Assembly: GCA_963578475.1 (NCBI GenBank)
Contig: CAUZCL010000003.1
Location: forward strand, 27,027-91,026
From: Acidobacteria bacterium bin61
GTDB lineage: Bacteria; Acidobacteriota; Vicinamibacteria; Marinacidobacterales; SMYC01
Reading direction: 5' to 3'
Length of the DNA: 64,000 nt
Within the stretch, counting starts at the first letter, position 1, and the number at the start of each line of letters is the position of its first letter. Under the pieces are notes generated by a model. The model searched no databases. It was not told the origin of the DNA and saw only the letters and a list, made by a program, of their open reading frames with translations. This document shows positions 62,798-64,000 of this stretch, piece by piece. The position numbers were made by a program, and so were the translations under genes.

Positions 62798-63466
62798 TCA
62801 CGCCGATGCTTCTTCCGGCACAGGGAACAACCGATCGAGCCACGATCTCCATTGCCCTTTGAGCGCTTCGAGCTCTTCCGCGGGAACGCCAAAGGTCGAG
62901 AGGTTCGCGTATAAGAACGTTTGCTCGCCCATGCGCTCGAAATCGAGCGCGAGAAGTGAGTCTTCAAGGTTGTCAATGCGCATCGAAAGCGTGTGCGGCG
63001 GCTCGAGAACGAGCACCTCGCCTTCGAGCTTTTGCCCGAACGCGGTCGTGATCGATTTCCGGTCGCCGGTTTCGACGTTCGCGAGGTCGCCCTCCGCGGC
63101 GAGCCCCTCAGACCCCAGGAGCTTCTGCCACGCTTCTTCCACCGGGATGCGCACAGGCTGCATGAACATTATGTTCTCGCACGGTTGGCCGCAATGTCGC
63201 TCCACGTAGTGCCGGAGCCCGGCAAGAAAAATCTTCCAGCCGCGACCGGTATCTTCGTAGAAATCGTCCCAATCGGCCGTTGCCGGGAGGCCTGACTGAA
63301 CGAGGCGCAGCACCGTGATCTCGCCATCGGACTCCAGAACATTTTCCTCGACCATCGGCTCTTCCAGCTTCGTGGGTCCTTCCCCTTCGTGTACAAGCCG
63401 CAAATGGCGGTTCCTCTCGAAGCCCTCGATGCGGGAGGTGCCAGCCATACCTTCGCCCCATGACAC
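62798..63466 (-). CDS. SRPBCC-superfamily protein (AHSA1/activator-of-Hsp90-ATPase-like)
   Basis: 222 aa; AHSA1-like pattern. Typical genomic pairing with an ArsR-family regulator immediately upstream. The true start may lie up to about 60 nt further upstream. Confidence 0.6.
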   Translation of the reverse strand: MSWGEGMAGTSRIEGFERNRHLRLVHEGEGPTKLEEPMVEENVLESDGEITVLRLVQSGLPATADWDDFYEDTGRGWKIFLAGLRHYVERHCGQPCENIMFMQPVRIPVEEAWQKLLGSEGLAAEGDLANVETGDRKSITTAFGQKLEGEVLVLEPPHTLSMRIDNLEDSLLALDFERMGEQTFLYANLSTFGVPAEELEALKGQWRSWLDRLFPVPEEASA

Positions 63467-63527
63467 CCAGTAGCGCCCTCCTTCCGACAGCGAGACCTCC
63501 GCCTCGGACGCATACCAGCGGATGATC

Positions 63528-64000
63528 TCATCGGCCTCGGACTCCTTTAGAAGCTCCGTGTTTTCGGATGAGGCGCTCTATCTCCTGCTCGAACTCCTCT
63601 GTAAACGCCGCGAAATCCTCGGGGCTCTCGAAGCGAATTTCAGTCTCGAGGGTTTGGGTCAAGAGCTTCTTACCCGCTCGAGCGGCCCGCTCTCGAAGGA
63701 CCGCGACGTCGCGGATCAGCCGGGCGGCGACAGTGACGAGGTACGCGCTCAAAAAGCGATCGCGGATCGACGCTCCCTCAGCCGCGATGGGTCCAAGAAG
63801 CGCCGGGTCGATCACAAAAGCCTTCGCGCTCGGCCGGACAATGCGCTCGATGAAGCCCCGTTTCTGGCGCTCCTCGACGAGCTCGACGAAACCGTTTTTC
63901 TCGAGCTCCCGCCAGTGGTAGTTCACCTTCTGGCGCGACATCTCGAGCCGAACGGCCAGTCCAGCCGCGGAGTCCGGCTCGATGAGCTCTTTGAGGATCC
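63528..64000 (-). CDS. ArsR/SmtB-family winged-helix transcriptional regulator (partial; 5' end beyond window end)
   Basis: Reverse-strand translation through the window end: ...ILKELIEPDSAAGLAVRLEMSRQKVNYHWRELEKNGFVELVEE is the ArsR recognition helix/wing region. Confidence 0.6.
   Translation of the reverse strand, partial: ILKELIEPDSAAGLAVRLEMSRQKVNYHWRELEKNGFVELVEERQKRGFIERIVRPSAKAFVIDPALLGPIAAEGASIRDRFLSAYLVTVAARLIRDVAVLRERAARAGKKLLTQTLETEIRFESPEDFAAFTEEFEQEIERLIRKHGASKGVRGR

Overview
High-GC (about 63%) bacterial chromosomal segment, apparently from a Gram-negative organism: BamA, the TctABC tripartite transporter, and Tat and lipoprotein signal peptides are present. Gene content (many Ser/Thr kinases, FHA-DUF4388, HEAT/TPR proteins, S9 peptidases) resembles Myxococcota-, Acidobacteriota- or Gemmatimonadota-type genomes, but I cannot assign a taxon from sequence alone.

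Clearly intact genes include the ilvB-ilvN-ilvC operon (minus strand, ilvC runs off the 5' edge of the window), glnS, two gamma-glutamyltransferases and a GGCT-like cyclotransferase, two S9 peptidases, a class-V aminotransferase, a nucleoside hydrolase, an amidohydrolase lipoprotein, an aldo/keto reductase, a rhomboid-TPR protease, a DadA-like oxidoreductase, PgpA, a CaCA exchanger and an ArsR/SRPBCC pair. There is also a cNMP-binding protein directly coupled to a large transporter-HEAT repeat fusion.

The most striking property of the window is the number of gene remnants, at least 17. These are multiply frameshifted, nonsense-interrupted, 5'- or 3'-truncated, or chimeric. Affected genes include tannase, an NPP/alkaline phosphatase, a GT4 glycosyltransferase, a CASTOR-like channel, FHA-DUF4388, M28 peptidase, an MSOX-like oxidase, a TPP enzyme in the tct operon, pfkA, bamA, Ser/Thr kinases, a PhoX/kinase chimera, the C-terminal half of an AGCS transporter, and a PAS-REC fragment. 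They are interleaved with long, perfectly intact ORFs.

Several lesions sit at homopolymer tracts (C8, G7, C5). The clustering of multiple lesions in some genes while 2-3 kb neighbours are untouched argues for real pseudogenisation or rearrangement rather than uniform sequencing error. Homopolymer indel error or a chimeric assembly cannot be fully excluded.

Other points are a pair of about 58-bp imperfect direct repeats with internal palindromes flanking an M28-AKR cassette, a short tandem heptamer, and a relic duplicate of an S9 peptidase 3' end. I found no rRNA, tRNA, CRISPR array, transposase or integrase.

Candidate novel or uncharacterised modules are the cNMP-binding plus transporter/HEAT pair, and a three-gene cluster of two unknown secreted proteins with a CxxCH-bearing prenyltransferase-repeat protein.
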